DNA of 64,000 nucleotides, taken from assembly GCA_951406725.2 (NCBI GenBank), contig OX597814.1, positions 173,104,001-173,168,000 of the forward strand, in the 5' to 3' direction. The notes beneath the pieces were generated by a model. That model ran no database searches. It saw only the letters and a list, made by a program, of their open reading frames with translations, and was not told where the DNA came from. Positions 1 to 13,805 of this stretch are shown here, in pieces. The stretch is from Octopus vulgaris (taxonomy: Eukaryota). Positions within the stretch are counted from its first letter, which is position 1. The number at the start of each line of letters is the position of its first letter. The position numbers and the translations under genes are program-made.

Positions 1-309
1 TTACATTTGTTTCTGATGGCACTATTAACAAACACAAGTATTCGCACCCACACCACGGAATGGACATAATTTACCAAACTGATTTATGAAAGTTCTTACT
101 TGAAGATCAAAGTGGTTTGAAGTTTGCGATGGAAAAATAAATATATGTTTACATAAGCAATAACTCACCACACACCCACCCAACAGTTTTACGGTCGTGA
201 AACCAGGATTTTCTACACTTTTGGTATTAGTTTGGAATCCGACAGTGTGTTGATAGCCCAGAATTCGGGATGAGTGCTTCTCTGGAAATAACCCACCTTT
301 ATACCAAGA

Positions 310-360
<51 letters not shown>

Positions 361-505
361 ATATATCAAGAAGGCAGCTATAGTTTTATCATTTCAACTT
401 TAGCATTTTGCTTGAGTCAGCCTTAAATTCATTTGGTAGGTATATATAGATATAGGTATGTATGTATATATATATACAGAGACAAACAGACAGACAGACA
501 GATAA

Positions 506-600
<95 letters not shown>

Positions 601-769
601 CGCACCTTCCTTCCAATCACTGCTGTAAACAGCGGAAGTGAGCTAGAACGTTAAAACTCTGAACAGAGTAGAGTTCATCTGTGTCAAGCAATTTCAATCT
701 GCGTGCTTCAACTTTGTTGCTATGGCAACAGTCCGGATTCTTATTGATCAGGCCTTTTACCTGTTTCAA

Positions 770-939
770 CCATTGGACTTCGGCCAAGCTAAGAAACTGT
801 TCTGAATCAACTTAAGTACGTATTTTTTAAAACCTGGTACTTATTCTATGGTTTCTTATACAATAACGCGAAGTTACGGCGATATAAATACACCAGCAAC
901 GACAATCATGCGGTGATGGGGGACAAACAAAAACACAAA

Positions 940-1015
<76 letters not shown>

Positions 1016-1191
1016 TACAAGTATGTATACGACAGGCTTATTTCAGAGTCCGTCTACTAAATTCGTATACATGGTTTTGATCGGCCTTGGCCTATAGCAA
1101 AAGATACTCACCGAAGGTACCACGCAGTGGACTAAACCCGGAACTATGTGATTGGGACGGAAACTTCTTTCCACATAGCCACGCCTACACC
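770..1191 (-). mobile_element. SINE family C (CORE-like) with internal (CA)n
   Basis: GGTGTAGGCGTGGCTATGTGG head, GGGTTTAGTCCACTGCGTGG B-box region, family tail. Confidence 0.7.
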
Positions 1192-1682
1192 TGTGTATAA
1201 ATTGTACACGTTAAATATGTATAAATTAGCATACTTCTACATAGTGTATTTTATACCAGTGGTCGGTGTTTTGTATCTATATGTCTATACTCACCTTTTA
1301 TACATTTCATTGCTTTGTAATTTTTTAAATATATCTCTAATTTGCCAACAGTTTTCATTTTGTTTTTAATTTTATGAATATCCGCAATTTGCATTTATAC
1401 ATTTCTAGTTTTCTATGCTTTACTGCCCATTATTTCTATAGATTTTATATCCACTTTAATACAAGTTTTGCCATTTAAATTTGCGTGGTGTATTCTTAAA
1501 TATAGCCACGAAACACGTGTCGTTATTCTACAAATTATATATGTTATTATTATTTTTTTTTGCAATTTACTTAATCAATGACATTTTATTGTTATTTTAA
1601 TTTTAATATTTCTATTATATGTAATTTTCTAGATGGTGTAATTTAATTTTTCATTTTGTATTGATAAAAGGTGTTTCTTTTC

Positions 1683-1776
<94 letters not shown>

Positions 1777-1807
1777 ATAAATGTGTGTGCGCGTGTATGT
1801 ATGAATA

Positions 1808-2028
1808 CGGGGAGATACTGTTTAGTTCCTGGCTTTAAGGGTATCGTGAAAGGGTATCGTGATTGGACACCAAAACTTCCGTGTTCTTTTACTGCGCTTA
1901 GAAAAACTGAAGGAAATCTGCAATAAGTGTGTGAATCTGAGAGGGGAATGTGACTAATAAAATCAGAATTTACTGATCCTCCTGTATCTTCTTTTACTCA
2001 AAATCTGGAACTTTTCAGCCACTCTTCA
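1808..2028 (+). mobile_element. Mariner-derived MITE
   Basis: Imperfect TIRs flanked by TA; internal EKLKEICNKCVNLRGE resembles the mariner transposase C-terminus; related copy at 29198. Confidence 0.65.
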
Positions 2029-2037
2029 TATATATAC

Positions 2038-2068
<31 letters not shown>

Positions 2069-2114
2069 TGTATGTATGTATGTATGCATGCATGTATGTA
2101 TGTATGCATGTATG

Positions 2115-2145
<31 letters not shown>

Positions 2146-2560
2146 TGTTTCTTTGTGTGTGTCTGCGTTTGACCCCTAACACAGGTTGACGACCGGTTCG
2201 GAAAAAAAGACCCATAGAATAACAATGAAACTTAAAAAAACAATAAGTACAGCGGGCTGGATATATCCGATTAAAAACTTCTTCAAGACGGTACCCCTGT
2301 ATGACTACGGTCAATTATTACTTAGTGCAACTCTATTTCAAGTCAGCTAAATAGAAGTTCACCTGGACTGAATTTCAACTCAGAAACTTAAGAGGTGTGA
2401 CTTTACATCATAATTCCTATTTTTCTTTTTTTTTTTCCTGTCTATCTAATCCTTGCAATCGCTCTCTCTCTCACTACCAGCCAATTTTTTCTACACTCAA
2501 ACTTTTTTTATATAGATGTGTACGCTATATGTATATATGGGGGGGGGGGGCGTATACATA

Positions 2561-2594
<34 letters not shown>

Positions 2595-2821
2595 TAAAAT
2601 ATGCGTATCCAAATTAACATACACAAACGTATATTACTGCATTACGATTATTTTTACCCATTCATATTACGACTTTGCAATGTTATGCATATGCTGTCAC
2701 AGACATTTTGTATTTAGCCCAACACAGCATTAATATGTTTACAGGAGTTCTTTCATATATATATGTATATATATATATATGTATGTATATGTATATGTAT
2801 ATATACATATACATACATACT

Positions 2822-2883
<62 letters not shown>

Positions 2884-2949
2884 TAATATATATATAAACA
2901 GAATATGCATGTATGTACATATACGCGAATGTATGTATGCATGTATGTC

Positions 2950-3450
2950 TATCTTTTCAGATACCAGCTTGCCGCTGTATAGAATTATATTCCTTAGTCT
3001 TGTACGAATCTTGTATTTTGAGTGACAAGCTCACTATAATTGCGATATTTTCATGCTGTTTCTTGATGTTACATACGCCAACTCTAGGCAAAATCTCTGC
3101 AGTATTCATTTTATCATTGAGAAGGATGGTTGGCACTGCAGATTAAAAGCTTCCGATCTTCTTATGCATTTCCTCTTCTATATCCAAATTTCATTTATAT
3201 TCCGGCGTAATTTTGTAGTAAACACCTGATACACCTGATATACCTAATAGGTTCCAATTTTGATCTGTAATTCAATATGATATTTCGGCGTGAACATTTC
3301 TATATTTCATTCAAAGAATTCCTCATTGTCTACTGTGATCTTTAACATAATTTGCTCATCAAACCTGGCAGCTTGAATAGCGTTGCTTCCTTTGTTCATT
3401 GTTATGCTTTTCCATTTATAATAGCAAATAATGAATTTAATATGCGATAC
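2950..3450 (-). pseudogene. Highly decayed RTE-clade LINE C-terminal region
   Basis: Fragments [36 protein letters not shown] / ILYSG in the order expected after RTE reverse transcriptase. Confidence 0.5.
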
Positions 3451-5441
3451 AATGTGTTCTAATAAACGAATTTCTTGAAACTATTCTTCAGCCTAACATC
3501 ATATATAAAAAAAATACCTTTAAAAAAGCGAATGCACATTGGTAAAGTGTGTGATTAATTAAACAAAGTTTCCAAAAAGCGATCCAAGACGAGAAATTCA
3601 AAAGAGTGTAAAGACGAAAAAAATGAAATTAGAAATAACTGAAGAATTTGAAAGGAGAATGACATGAGCTAATAAACAGAAAAACAGAAAATGTGAAGAA
3701 TAAAAATAGTGCTTATCTTAATTGAGCTGACGACTTTATCATCACGATGCAATTGAAGCTAGTAGATAAACATACATGCACACACACACACACACGAACA
3801 TAAACACACAACACATCATCATAGTAGCATTGAAAAGAGGAAGGAAGACTGGTTTACTCGACCATACAACAAATAAATTATTTCCAATACAGACCGAAAC
3901 TTTATATCGTGTGTGAACCAACATACAGATTGCAACTGCTGATCCTTAACCTCCTCACTTATATGTGACATATAGAGCATGCTTAACATCTTCGTATTCG
4001 ATTTCACCAGAAATGCATGCAAACCTATCTTACCAGCATTTATTTCCATTCATCTCTTTATCCTGGAATTATAAGGCCTACGAATCAGAATGTACCAGCC
4101 ACCTATCCAACATGGAATACCATTCACAAAGCTACTCTGTTTTAAAAGTGCCCATAACAGCAGATTACGCTTAAGCAAAAGTTCTACATAAAACTGCAAA
4201 TGATATCATTTAATTGTTGATCGAACAAATTAAATAGTTGTCGTCATTGAAGATTACCGATATAACAAAAACCCTGTGAAGTAGTTGCGATCTGGTGATC
4301 TTAAGTCTGTCTCAGGTGGTCCTCTTCACACAAAACTAATCTAGCTAATAACAACAGTATCTCTGGCCATCAACATATACACACATCTGACCTGCCTTCA
4401 GGAACGAGAATCGATAGCAAATATTTTGAAATGCATCAGTCATCAAATATTGCCTGAACGAGCATATGCATGCGACAAAAGGAGCAAGTAACCCCAAGAG
4501 TAATGAAAGGAATCATCGATTCCTCATAAGTATAAGTTTTATAAGTATACAGTGGTTGTTTTTATTTTTCTGTTTCTAAAAGTGTGTGCTTATGCGTATG
4601 ATGTGTATGTGTATATCTATGAGTGTGTGTGCATGTGTGTGTGTGTGCGTGTCTGTGTGTGAGTGTGTGTGTGGTTGTGTGTGTGAGAGTTTGTTTTTAT
4701 GTGTGTGTGTGTGTGTCTGTATGTGTATAAGACAGGTTTTGAGTGTGTGTGTGCATATGTTCCTTATGTATTCGAAAACTTACTTGCCGATTTTGACTAT
4801 GGGGTAATCTTTCGGCTACCAAATAAACTTTATTTTCATTTACATACTTGCATTACAAAAATTTAACATTATAATCTTTCTATAACTCAACTATCGTAAA
4901 CGACATTTTATACCATCACCACAACGTCACAACTATATATATATATATAAGCAGATGCCTGTGTATTTGTATGTCTGTGCATAATGCCAATGAGGAAATG
5001 AGAGGGGATAGAAAGAAACGGAGAAGCAAAGTGAAAAAGTGGCTCTTTACTTCTCCTCCTCCATCTCCTCATTCGTCACAACGTTTTTCGATAGAGGGAG
5101 AAATGTAAATAGTGTAAATTTCGCACAAAAATGTTCTCACTCTCTACAAGATGAGACGGGGTAGATGTAGATGATTAGTATTTTACATTAAAGTAAAGAT
5201 GAGTACAGGTATCCGCAGTAAGGTTACTAGAGACTCCTGTACAGCGACATTTTTTCCGTGTGTCGTAATCAAGTGGTGATTAGCAGTCTGCCTACAGAGT
5301 AAAAACCTCGCTGAGATCAACTTTGTCTTTCCTCCTTCTGCAGTCGATAAAAGATGTACTAATCCGGGATGTTGGACTGCTGTAAGAAATTTGGAGTTAA
5401 CGTTCCCGCACTTTTGAGTTCGAAACATACCATAGCCTACA

Positions 5442-5839
5442 TCTTTATATATAAAAGTGAGGTTGTGTGCTGTCTGTCTCCTACGATTTAGATTCCTAAC
5501 TACTCCCACATTTTGCGGTGCAGTTCAACCAAAACCGGGAATCTTATAGTCGTGATTCATATCGAGCCCTTCTGGGTATTAGCGCGCGTCTACGATGAGT
5601 CTACGATTTAAAAAAAAAAAATTACCATCAATTTTTCCCATTTTTAATGCATTTTTGGCATATATAAGGGAAGTAACTCTCTAAAAATTTATTATTAAAT
5701 CTCAGAACGTAAAAAGCTTCAGTAACACCCCGCCTTTGTGGTTAGCCATATTGAGATGGCTATTATACTTTACGTCTCTAAAAATGCTTATATAATTATT
5801 TCCCTTACAAACCCGAGCAACGCCGGGCGATACTGCTAG
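5442..5839 (+). mobile_element. Non-autonomous Helitron
   Basis: A|TC 5' end, 3' hairpin CCCGAGCAACGCCGGG, CTAG|T 3' end, no TSD. Confidence 0.8.
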
Positions 5840-6059
5840 TAAGTAATAAATTCATTTCATTTCCCAGGGGCCAGTTTAATACTACCAACTAGCACTCAAA
5901 GTGTTAAGCATTAAGCAGGCAGTCGGCAGCCGAAAGGTCTCCGATTTGTTTATACATTTCTCTTTCGCTGCCGCCAGGTTCAGAGACCCTGTAAAGTGTT
6001 ATGGGTGTTAGCTTTTCCCCTAACCTAAATGGAAATTATTGATTTCAAATTTTGGCGCA

Positions 6060-6890
6060 AGAACAGCAAATCACCATCATCACCATCAACCACAACAATA
6101 CACTACAATAATCACCCTCACTAACATCTCTGCCCCTTCCGTCTACATTCAGCAGCACCATCAACACTAACCATTACCACCCTCGACGCAAGCACCACCT
6201 TTACTATGTATTTGAACCTCACCAATACCAGCATCATTATAACCTCCTCCATCATCATCACAACCACCATTTTCATCATCATCACCCAACCACTTCATTC
6301 ATCATCGCCATCACCTCTCCATCATCATCATCACCACTTCCAATCACCATCTTTATCTCCATCACTCCACCACCATCAGCATCACCATCAGTATCACTTC
6401 CATCACATCACCATCCCCATCATCACCACTATCTCCATCATCATCACCAGCTCCATCATCACCACCACCTCCAATCACTATCTTCACCCCCATCACTTCC
6501 ACCATCATTAACATCACCACCTCCAATCACCATTTTCGCCACCATCACTCCACTACCATCAGCATCACCACCACCATCAGCATCATCACAGCCATCACCT
6601 CCGTCACACCACCACCTCCGCCATCACCAAGACCTCCATCAGCACAACCACTTCCATCATTACCATATCTCCACCACCTCCACCACGAGTGTCACCACCA
6701 TTACCTCCATCACTGGAACAGCCACCAGCCCCACCATTGCCATCATCATCAACTTCACTACTACTACTGTCACCCACATTCACAAGTACCACTATTATAA
6801 CTATCACCCCCACCGTCACTACTGCCTCCATGAGAACCACACTCACCACTTTCACTTGAGTTACGACCACCACTACAGCCACCAGTAACA
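6060..6890. repeat. Degenerate (CAT/CAC)n low-complexity region
   Basis: Direct reading. Confidence 0.85.
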
Positions 6891-7160
6891 CAATATCTAA
6901 TACTGATGATACTGACCACTCTCTACCTGGACCACAACAATCAGAAACTATTACCTATACACACGACTTCTCTCATAATTATAGTTACCTCCACGTCTGT
7001 CAACTAGAACCCCGAAAATATATATCCAGTATTCACACCGTTATCGATACTACCACCAAAACTTACGCCGCCATTACGTATAACTCAACTTCCAACAAAC
7101 TAAGTTAACCATCGAAAGTTTTTTAACCACCACAACCACAACCACTACTACTACCACCAC

Positions 7161-7192
<32 letters not shown>

Positions 7193-7193
<1 letters not shown>

Positions 7194-7544
7194 CGGCTGA
7201 TGACAACGTGTCTTTAAAAGAAATGGAGAAACTCTCAAAATACAAAGACCTGGAAATAGAGGTAACTAGAATGTGGAATCTGAAAACAGAAACAATTCCT
7301 ATCATAGTAGGTGCATTAGGCATGATAAAAAAATATTCAGACAAATACATAACAAAAACACCAGGACTTACAAACACATATAACATACAGAAAATTGCAC
7401 TACTAGGCACTGCACACATCCTACGCAGAACACTTTCCATACAATAACCATCAGAGCATCACAACAAATCACAGCACATACCCAAGGCACACAGAGCTGC
7501 ACTCGGTAGTGAAGTGAAAGCACGCTATAAAAATAAAACTACTG
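7193..7544 (+). mobile_element. 5'-truncated R4/Dong-type non-LTR retrotransposon (restriction-like endonuclease C-terminus plus 3' UTR) inserted in (TAA)n
   Basis: Open frame PADDNVSLKEMEKLSKYKDLEIEVTRMWNLKTETIPIIVGALG...QKIALLGTAHILRRTL* (stop 7445-7447), typical of the RLE tail (EK..KY.DL, PIIVGALG); (TAA)n on both sides. Confidence 0.85.
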
Positions 7545-7625
7545 AATAATAATAATAATAATAATAATTAAGAATGATAATGATAATAATAACAATAATA
7601 ATAACAAAAAACTAAAAATAAAAAT

Positions 7626-7713
<88 letters not shown>

Positions 7714-7716
<3 letters not shown>

Positions 7717-8270
7717 GCCCTGATGCAGTACCAGGCAGAGGCTCTCATGGCTTCTGATCTTAACTGATTGGAAGTGTTATCATGTACATTGTTCTGTCTT
7801 GGTATAAAAGATGGGCTACAGCAAATATTCTGCTCAATACCACAGATTTGCTTGTCAGTTGTTTGACCTTAACCAGTTGAGCATGTCCCTTAGTGGCTGA
7901 CGATATGTGCATCTCTGATCACGAGCAGAAGTAGTGGAGGAGCATCATAGCCATGTGTTGAGAGGGATTCTTTGGGGTTTGAATAATTCACCTCTGGAGA
8001 CATGGGTGGGTTTTTCAACATCCTTAAACAACCCTTATTCAGGTACCGTTTGAGCGGGATGGGCTACTCAACCTGAAGAAAATTCTAACTGGGCTCCACC
8101 TGCAAGGTCATGTGCAGTTTATCTTGATATGAGATCACCATGCCGCGCACATATGGTTGTGATGCATGTGCCTGGTGTACCTTTATCAGACGGGTAGTCA
8201 TGATGGGTATATTGGGCTTCGTATATTTTACCCCAGTGTCACTTTGATGGCATGAACTGCTCTCTCACTC
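7714..8270. mobile_element. ~560-bp non-coding element embedded in (AAT)n
   Basis: Higher-GC unique-looking block bounded on both sides by (AAT)n, no ORF; a short match (GTCTTGGTATAAA.G.TGGG) occurs on the minus strand near 292-310. Confidence 0.5.
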
Positions 8271-8287
8271 AATAATAATAATAATAA

Positions 8288-8472
8288 TCCTTTCTACTGG
8301 AGGCACAAGGCATCGAATTTGTGGGGAGGGGTCTAGTTAATTACATTGACCCCAGTGTTTTACTGGTACTTAATTGATCAACTCCGAAAGAATGAAAGGC
8401 AAAATCGACCTCGGCGGAATTTGAACCCAGAACGTACGGCCGGCGTGCTAACGTTTCTGCTAGCTCACCACT
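8288..8472 (-). mobile_element. SINE family A
   Basis: Reverse complement of the family A body and head. Confidence 0.75.
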
Positions 8473-8530
8473 TTCAATAATAATAATAACGATGAGGATG
8501 GTGATGATGATGATGATGATGATGATTATT

Positions 8531-8567
<37 letters not shown>

Positions 8568-9020
8568 GGAGGAGGAGGAGGAGGAGGAGGATCACGGTAC
8601 CCTGTATGAAGTTTAGGTTCAGAAATGACATTTAGTGCTACGAAGCGAAAACACTATAAAACAAACAAAAATTCAACCCCCACCCCTATATACATACAAT
8701 GTAGTACAAAATATAGTTTATATCAATTGTGGCTATGTATCCATGTGGAACTATGAGTCTGATGTCATATGTGTATTGTATACGTACTGAAGACACAAAC
8801 TCATATAGATGCATGCGTGTGTTTGTATGCGTGCATACGTATGAGAGTATATATGTGTGTGTGTGTGTGAGAGAGAGAGAGTAAAAGAGACAGAAAACGG
8901 TTAGATTAAATTTATTACTTAATCTAACCGTTTTTCTGTATTATAAACATACATTGATTTATATCTATGTTTATATATATCAATATATAGTGTATATTTA
9001 TATATATATTTATATATATA

Positions 9021-9078
<58 letters not shown>

Positions 9079-9658
9079 TATATATAGATATATATATTAC
9101 ATATATATATATATAATATATATATATATACATATATATATAATATATATTATATACACATATATATATATACATATATATATATGTGTATATATATATA
9201 TATCATATACAATATTACATACAATGAGCGTGAGAGAGATACAGATAATGAGACAGAGAGACAGAGAGATAGAGAGAAAGATTTAGAATCCCCACTATCA
9301 TTTAAATGATATATAGTACCAAAATGCTAAAAGGACTTTTTGAATCAACGTCTATATATATGTAAATATGAATGTAGGGAGTGTGTAAGTAAGTATGAGT
9401 ATGTATGTATACATAGACTTAATGTAGGTTTTCCTTTGCTGACGCGTGAATAAAGAAGCTAGCATATCAAACATTTATAAGTGACGTAATTAAGAATTAA
9501 GCAAGCGTAAAAATCATGTGTATGATAATAGACTCGCATAAATAATTCATTTAACGAGGATATAAACTCCTAATCTTTTGTTCGGGCTTAATTGCGCATT
9601 CGCAATCACACATGCAGAATATTACAACCTAAGCCTTATCTACGTATCTAAGATTATA

Positions 9659-9757
<99 letters not shown>

Positions 9758-10137
9758 GAGAGAGAGAGAGAGAGGATATATATATATATATACACACACA
9801 CATACACACATATATATATACATATATGTATATATACGTGTACGTGTATGTATGTATGTATATATGTACCTACACACACGCACACACATATATATGCATG
9901 TATGTATCTATGTGCTTGCGTAGTTGTGCATGCATATATATTTGTATGTGTGCGTGTTTGAGTATGTGTGTGTATGTCTACTTACATGCACAAAGAGAGA
10001 GTGAAAGTAAATGAATGAGGGAGTTAGATGAATAGACAGACATGCTGACAGAGACAGGCAGACAGACAGACAGACAGACAGACAGATAGATAGATAGATA
10101 GATAGATAGATTGATAGATAGACAGACAGACAGATAG

Positions 10138-10212
<75 letters not shown>

Positions 10213-10322
10213 GTTCTTCAAAATTCAGCAGCTTGTCGTTTTTAGTATAATGATGTATATACACTCACTTATGTACACACAAACACACGCGCGCAAACAC
10301 ATACGAACACACACAGCCCACC

Positions 10323-10360
<38 letters not shown>

Positions 10361-10540
10361 GAAACAACGAGGGACATTTTACACTCTCATTCGAAATTGA
10401 TAAAATCGAATTTTCACCAGTGGTCTTTACAAGACGTATATTTGATAACGTAATACGAAGTAAACACTTGTTTAAAAAAAATTATAAGTTGTTACAATAG
10501 CTATACTAATCACGGAATCTGTCTTCGATTCCACATGTTC

Positions 10541-11454
10541 AAAGTCGTGCAAATGAAATAATTTTACTTACTAAACTATGGGCAATCTCACGTACATACA
10601 TTGTCAAAATTGCGTTACAAAGACTAGAATTACTCTGCCAAAATTTTTCAACGTTAATTACTCACAAAACTTGTCAACAGAGCACAGATTAACCCGTGTG
10701 GTTGAAGTATTTATAGAGAAAGAGTTGCAACATATGCAAATCTCTTAGTCTGAATTCAAATGTATGCAATGGAAAGAAAAACTTATAATGTATATAATGG
10801 AAAGAAAAAAAACTTCTACTGAATCATGCCCCTGTTGAAAGATCTAAGTCCTCACTGAAAGATAATCTCACGTTCTCTACCCGATGGATACATTTTATAT
10901 CTAAATTAAAGTGCTAACATTGGATGATGAACGTAAACTGGATGGTTAAGAAGCAAACAGTGCAATATACACTCCACTGCAAATGATATCACTGTTCATT
11001 TCTCCTTAACCATCTAGCGCACTTTTATCATCAAACTGCAATATAAGTACTTTAATCTAGATACGAGCTGTATCCAAGAACCTTCAGGATATCTTCCAGG
11101 GAGAACATATCAGTCAACAGCCCCGATTTCAATTGCTTTACGTATCAAAGAAAATAATCATTTATGTCAGGTTCGAAGTAATTATATTAAAACAGTTAAA
11201 TTTGCTATAGTTTTTTTTTTTCGCTAACTTCATTTGAATTCAGACTAAGATTGTCAGTGCATGTTACGGCTCTCACAATCTCTCATGACTACGAATAATT
11301 CATCCATACGTGTTAATCAATGCTCTGTAGACAAGTTTTGTAAGTAATTAACGCTGAAAAATTTTTTTAGCTAAGAAGAGTAATTGTAATCTGTGTAATA
11401 CAGTTTTGACAATAAGAGAAAAGCAAAATTAAATATTTCTATTGCAGGACTTCG
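10541..11454. mobile_element. Old long-TIR (foldback/MITE-like) element: ~220-bp inverted arms 10541-10762 and 11231-11454
   Basis: Arms align in reverse complement with gaps (e.g. CTTAGTCTGAATTCAAATG / CATTTGAATTCAGACTAAG; ACAAAACTTGTC / GACAAGTTTTGT). Confidence 0.7.
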
Positions 11455-11552
11455 TGTATTTATCGTAGAGAACTCATTCCTTTTTATGTATAATTATTGA
11501 AGCTTTATCATTAATTATTACTTTTGTTTTAACGATACTATACTCCGTTTTA

Positions 11553-11953
11553 AGGGGGCGAGCTGGAAGAAACTTTAGAACGCCGGGCGAAATGCTTAGC
11601 GGTATTTCGTCTGCCGTTACGTTCTGAGTTCAAATTCCGCCGAGGTCGACTTTGCCTTTCATCCTTTCAGGGTCGAGTAAATAAGTACCAGTTACGCACT
11701 GGAGTCGATATAATCGTCTTAATCCGTTTGTCTGTCCTTGTTTGTCCTTTCTGTGTTTAGCTCCTTGTGGGTAGTAAAGAAATAGGTATTTCGTCTTTTT
11801 CGTTCCGAGTTCAAATTTCGCAGAGGTCGACTTCGCCTTTCATCCTTTCGGGGTCGATAAATTAAGTACCTGTTGCGTACTAGGGTCGATCTAATCGACT
11901 GGTCCTCTCCCCCAAAATTTCGGACCTTGTGCCTAGAATAGAAAAGTATATTG
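11553..11953 (+). mobile_element. tRNA-headed SINE family A with duplicated body and TSD
   Basis: GGCGAGCTGG head, GTTCAAATTCC B-box-like motif, GAGGTCGACTTTGCCTTTCATCCTTTC body present twice (slightly variant); TSD TACTCCGTTTTA at 11541-11552 and 11954-11965. Confidence 0.85.
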
Positions 11954-12424
11954 TACTCCGTTTTATATTATCATGTATACACCATTTAAAACCGATGATG
12001 TAGATATGATGCTTTAACAAATTTTAGTAACTTCGAGTGACAATATAGACCATTTGCAGCACACTGTACACTCCATTCTAGCAATTGCTCAAATTACTTG
12101 CAGAAGATATCAGCCATAAATTTGCTATCTAAACTAGGTATCTGCATATCATCTCTACTCAAAAGCATTGCTTCAGGCGCCTTTTCCACTTGGGTCATCC
12201 CCACAGTACTTCAACCCTCAAACGTCGAACTAAACACATCGCCTGGCCTTTTCTTTCAGGAAATGCAGTCATTTAGAAATCTCTTTAACCCACGTTTTTA
12301 TTTTTATTCGTAGATATTTTCATATATATATATTTCAAACTCAAAAGCAGCTAATTCAAGGTCACTAAGTCTGGGTAAGTCTCGATTGCTCCTTTTACTT
12401 ACAAATAAAGCATATATATATATA

Positions 12425-12840
12425 TGGATTTTTGCGTAATGAGATAAAAAAAACAAAAGCTGTATAGATATTAGAGCATTTATGGATAGATGGTCTTACA
12501 GCTGTTTCTAGAATATTAATTGATAATATCCCTTCATCGGAGACGGTGTGAGAGGAAAACATTAAGTCATAGTTAGTTTCGATGTGATATAAATAGAGAA
12601 TGAGGTGGAGGAAAGAAAATAGATGTAAGATATGTATGTATATTGAATTTGTAAATCCGTTTTATAGGCATAATGGTATATATGTGTAATATTCAAATAT
12701 CCTTTGAGTAAAATCCAAAAGTTCAACAGAGTTTAATATGAGTCCATCCAGACGTAAAGTTTATAAGCAATGTAAGATTCTATTAAAGTTGGTCATTCCC
12801 AGTATGGAATTTATACAGAGTGTAGCAAATTCGAGGTATA
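12425..12840 (-). mobile_element. Penelope-like 3'/pLTR fragment with hammerhead motif (12493-12544)
   Basis: Minus strand GTCT-CCGATGA-AGGGATATT..AATATTCTA-GAAA-C AGCT G-TA-AGAC with palindromic stem III; starts at (TA)n; second copy at 32030-32370. Confidence 0.62.
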
Positions 12841-13218
12841 CGAGTAAAATGCCACCCATCCAATGGACAGTGCTGGGTTGTCAAACATTTAAACCAAATT
12901 TTCTCAAAATACCTAGTCCGACCGTCCCATTGGCCCTTTGAGAAACACTCATTTAATCTAAATTTGAGACACCAGCAAAAGAAGAAATAAAGATAGACTT
13001 TTTTTCTATTCCAAGAAAAACGCTTTTACAAATGTACGTTCCCATGGCTTTATCGATCGCATTCTCACCTGGAATCGATTTTTGTAATTTTTTCAAGACT
13101 TATACACACTCTGATACCGTCGGTACCTACATATCAAATTTGAGCGCAATCGGACGAAGGATGCCCGAGATCCTAGAAGACAGACATACACACAGACACA
13201 ACGAATTTTATATAATAT
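12841..13218 (-). mobile_element. Helitron-like family 2 copy
   Basis: Reverse complement of 44020-44410; ends CTCG|T. Confidence 0.7.
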
Positions 13219-13242
13219 AATATGTATATATATATATATATA

Positions 13243-13399
13243 CTTTTGTTAACAAAAACTGTCCGATGAACGGGAACGTGAAACTCAGAGTAACAGGTTT
13301 TGTTGAATTTCTGCTGCTTTTAAATGAAGCATATTACTCTACCCCTGGTATTTGAGTACTCTTTTTTTCCGCCTTGTTTCACATTTATGTGTTTACTCC

Positions 13400-13401
<2 letters not shown>
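13243..13401 (+). mobile_element. Penelope pLTR-like short element with minimal hammerhead (13259-13296) in (TA)n
   Basis: CTGT-CCGATGA-ACG GGAA CGT-GAAA-CTCAGA-GTA-ACAG (U4>C core variant, GNRA-capped stem II); same family as 21867, 49340 and 57372. Confidence 0.72.
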
Positions 13402-13466
<65 letters not shown>

Positions 13467-13576
13467 ATATATACTGGGGTTGTATGAAAACATGTAAGTA
13501 TATATGAACATTGGCGTGTATGTGCTTGTGTCTAAACACACATACACACACACACACACATACACACATATATATA

Positions 13577-13737
13577 GGCGTAGAAGTGGCTGTGCGGTAA
13601 AAAGCTTGCTTCCCAACTACATGATACCGAGTTCAGTCCCACTGCGTGGCACCTTGGGCAAATGTCTTCTACTATAGCCTCGGGCCGTCCGAAGCCTTGT
13701 GATTGGATTTGGTAGACGGAAACTTAAAGAACCCCGT

Positions 13738-13805
<68 letters not shown>

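Noticed and set aside
1485-1525. Hammerhead-like GTGG..CCAC-GAAAC ACGT GTC
   Set aside because: Stem II, GAAA and stem III are present but no CUGANGA upstream; at most a dead remnant.
6206-6891. His-rich and Gly/Val-rich ORFs
   Set aside because: Degenerate (CAT/CAC)n low-complexity DNA without splice or domain support.
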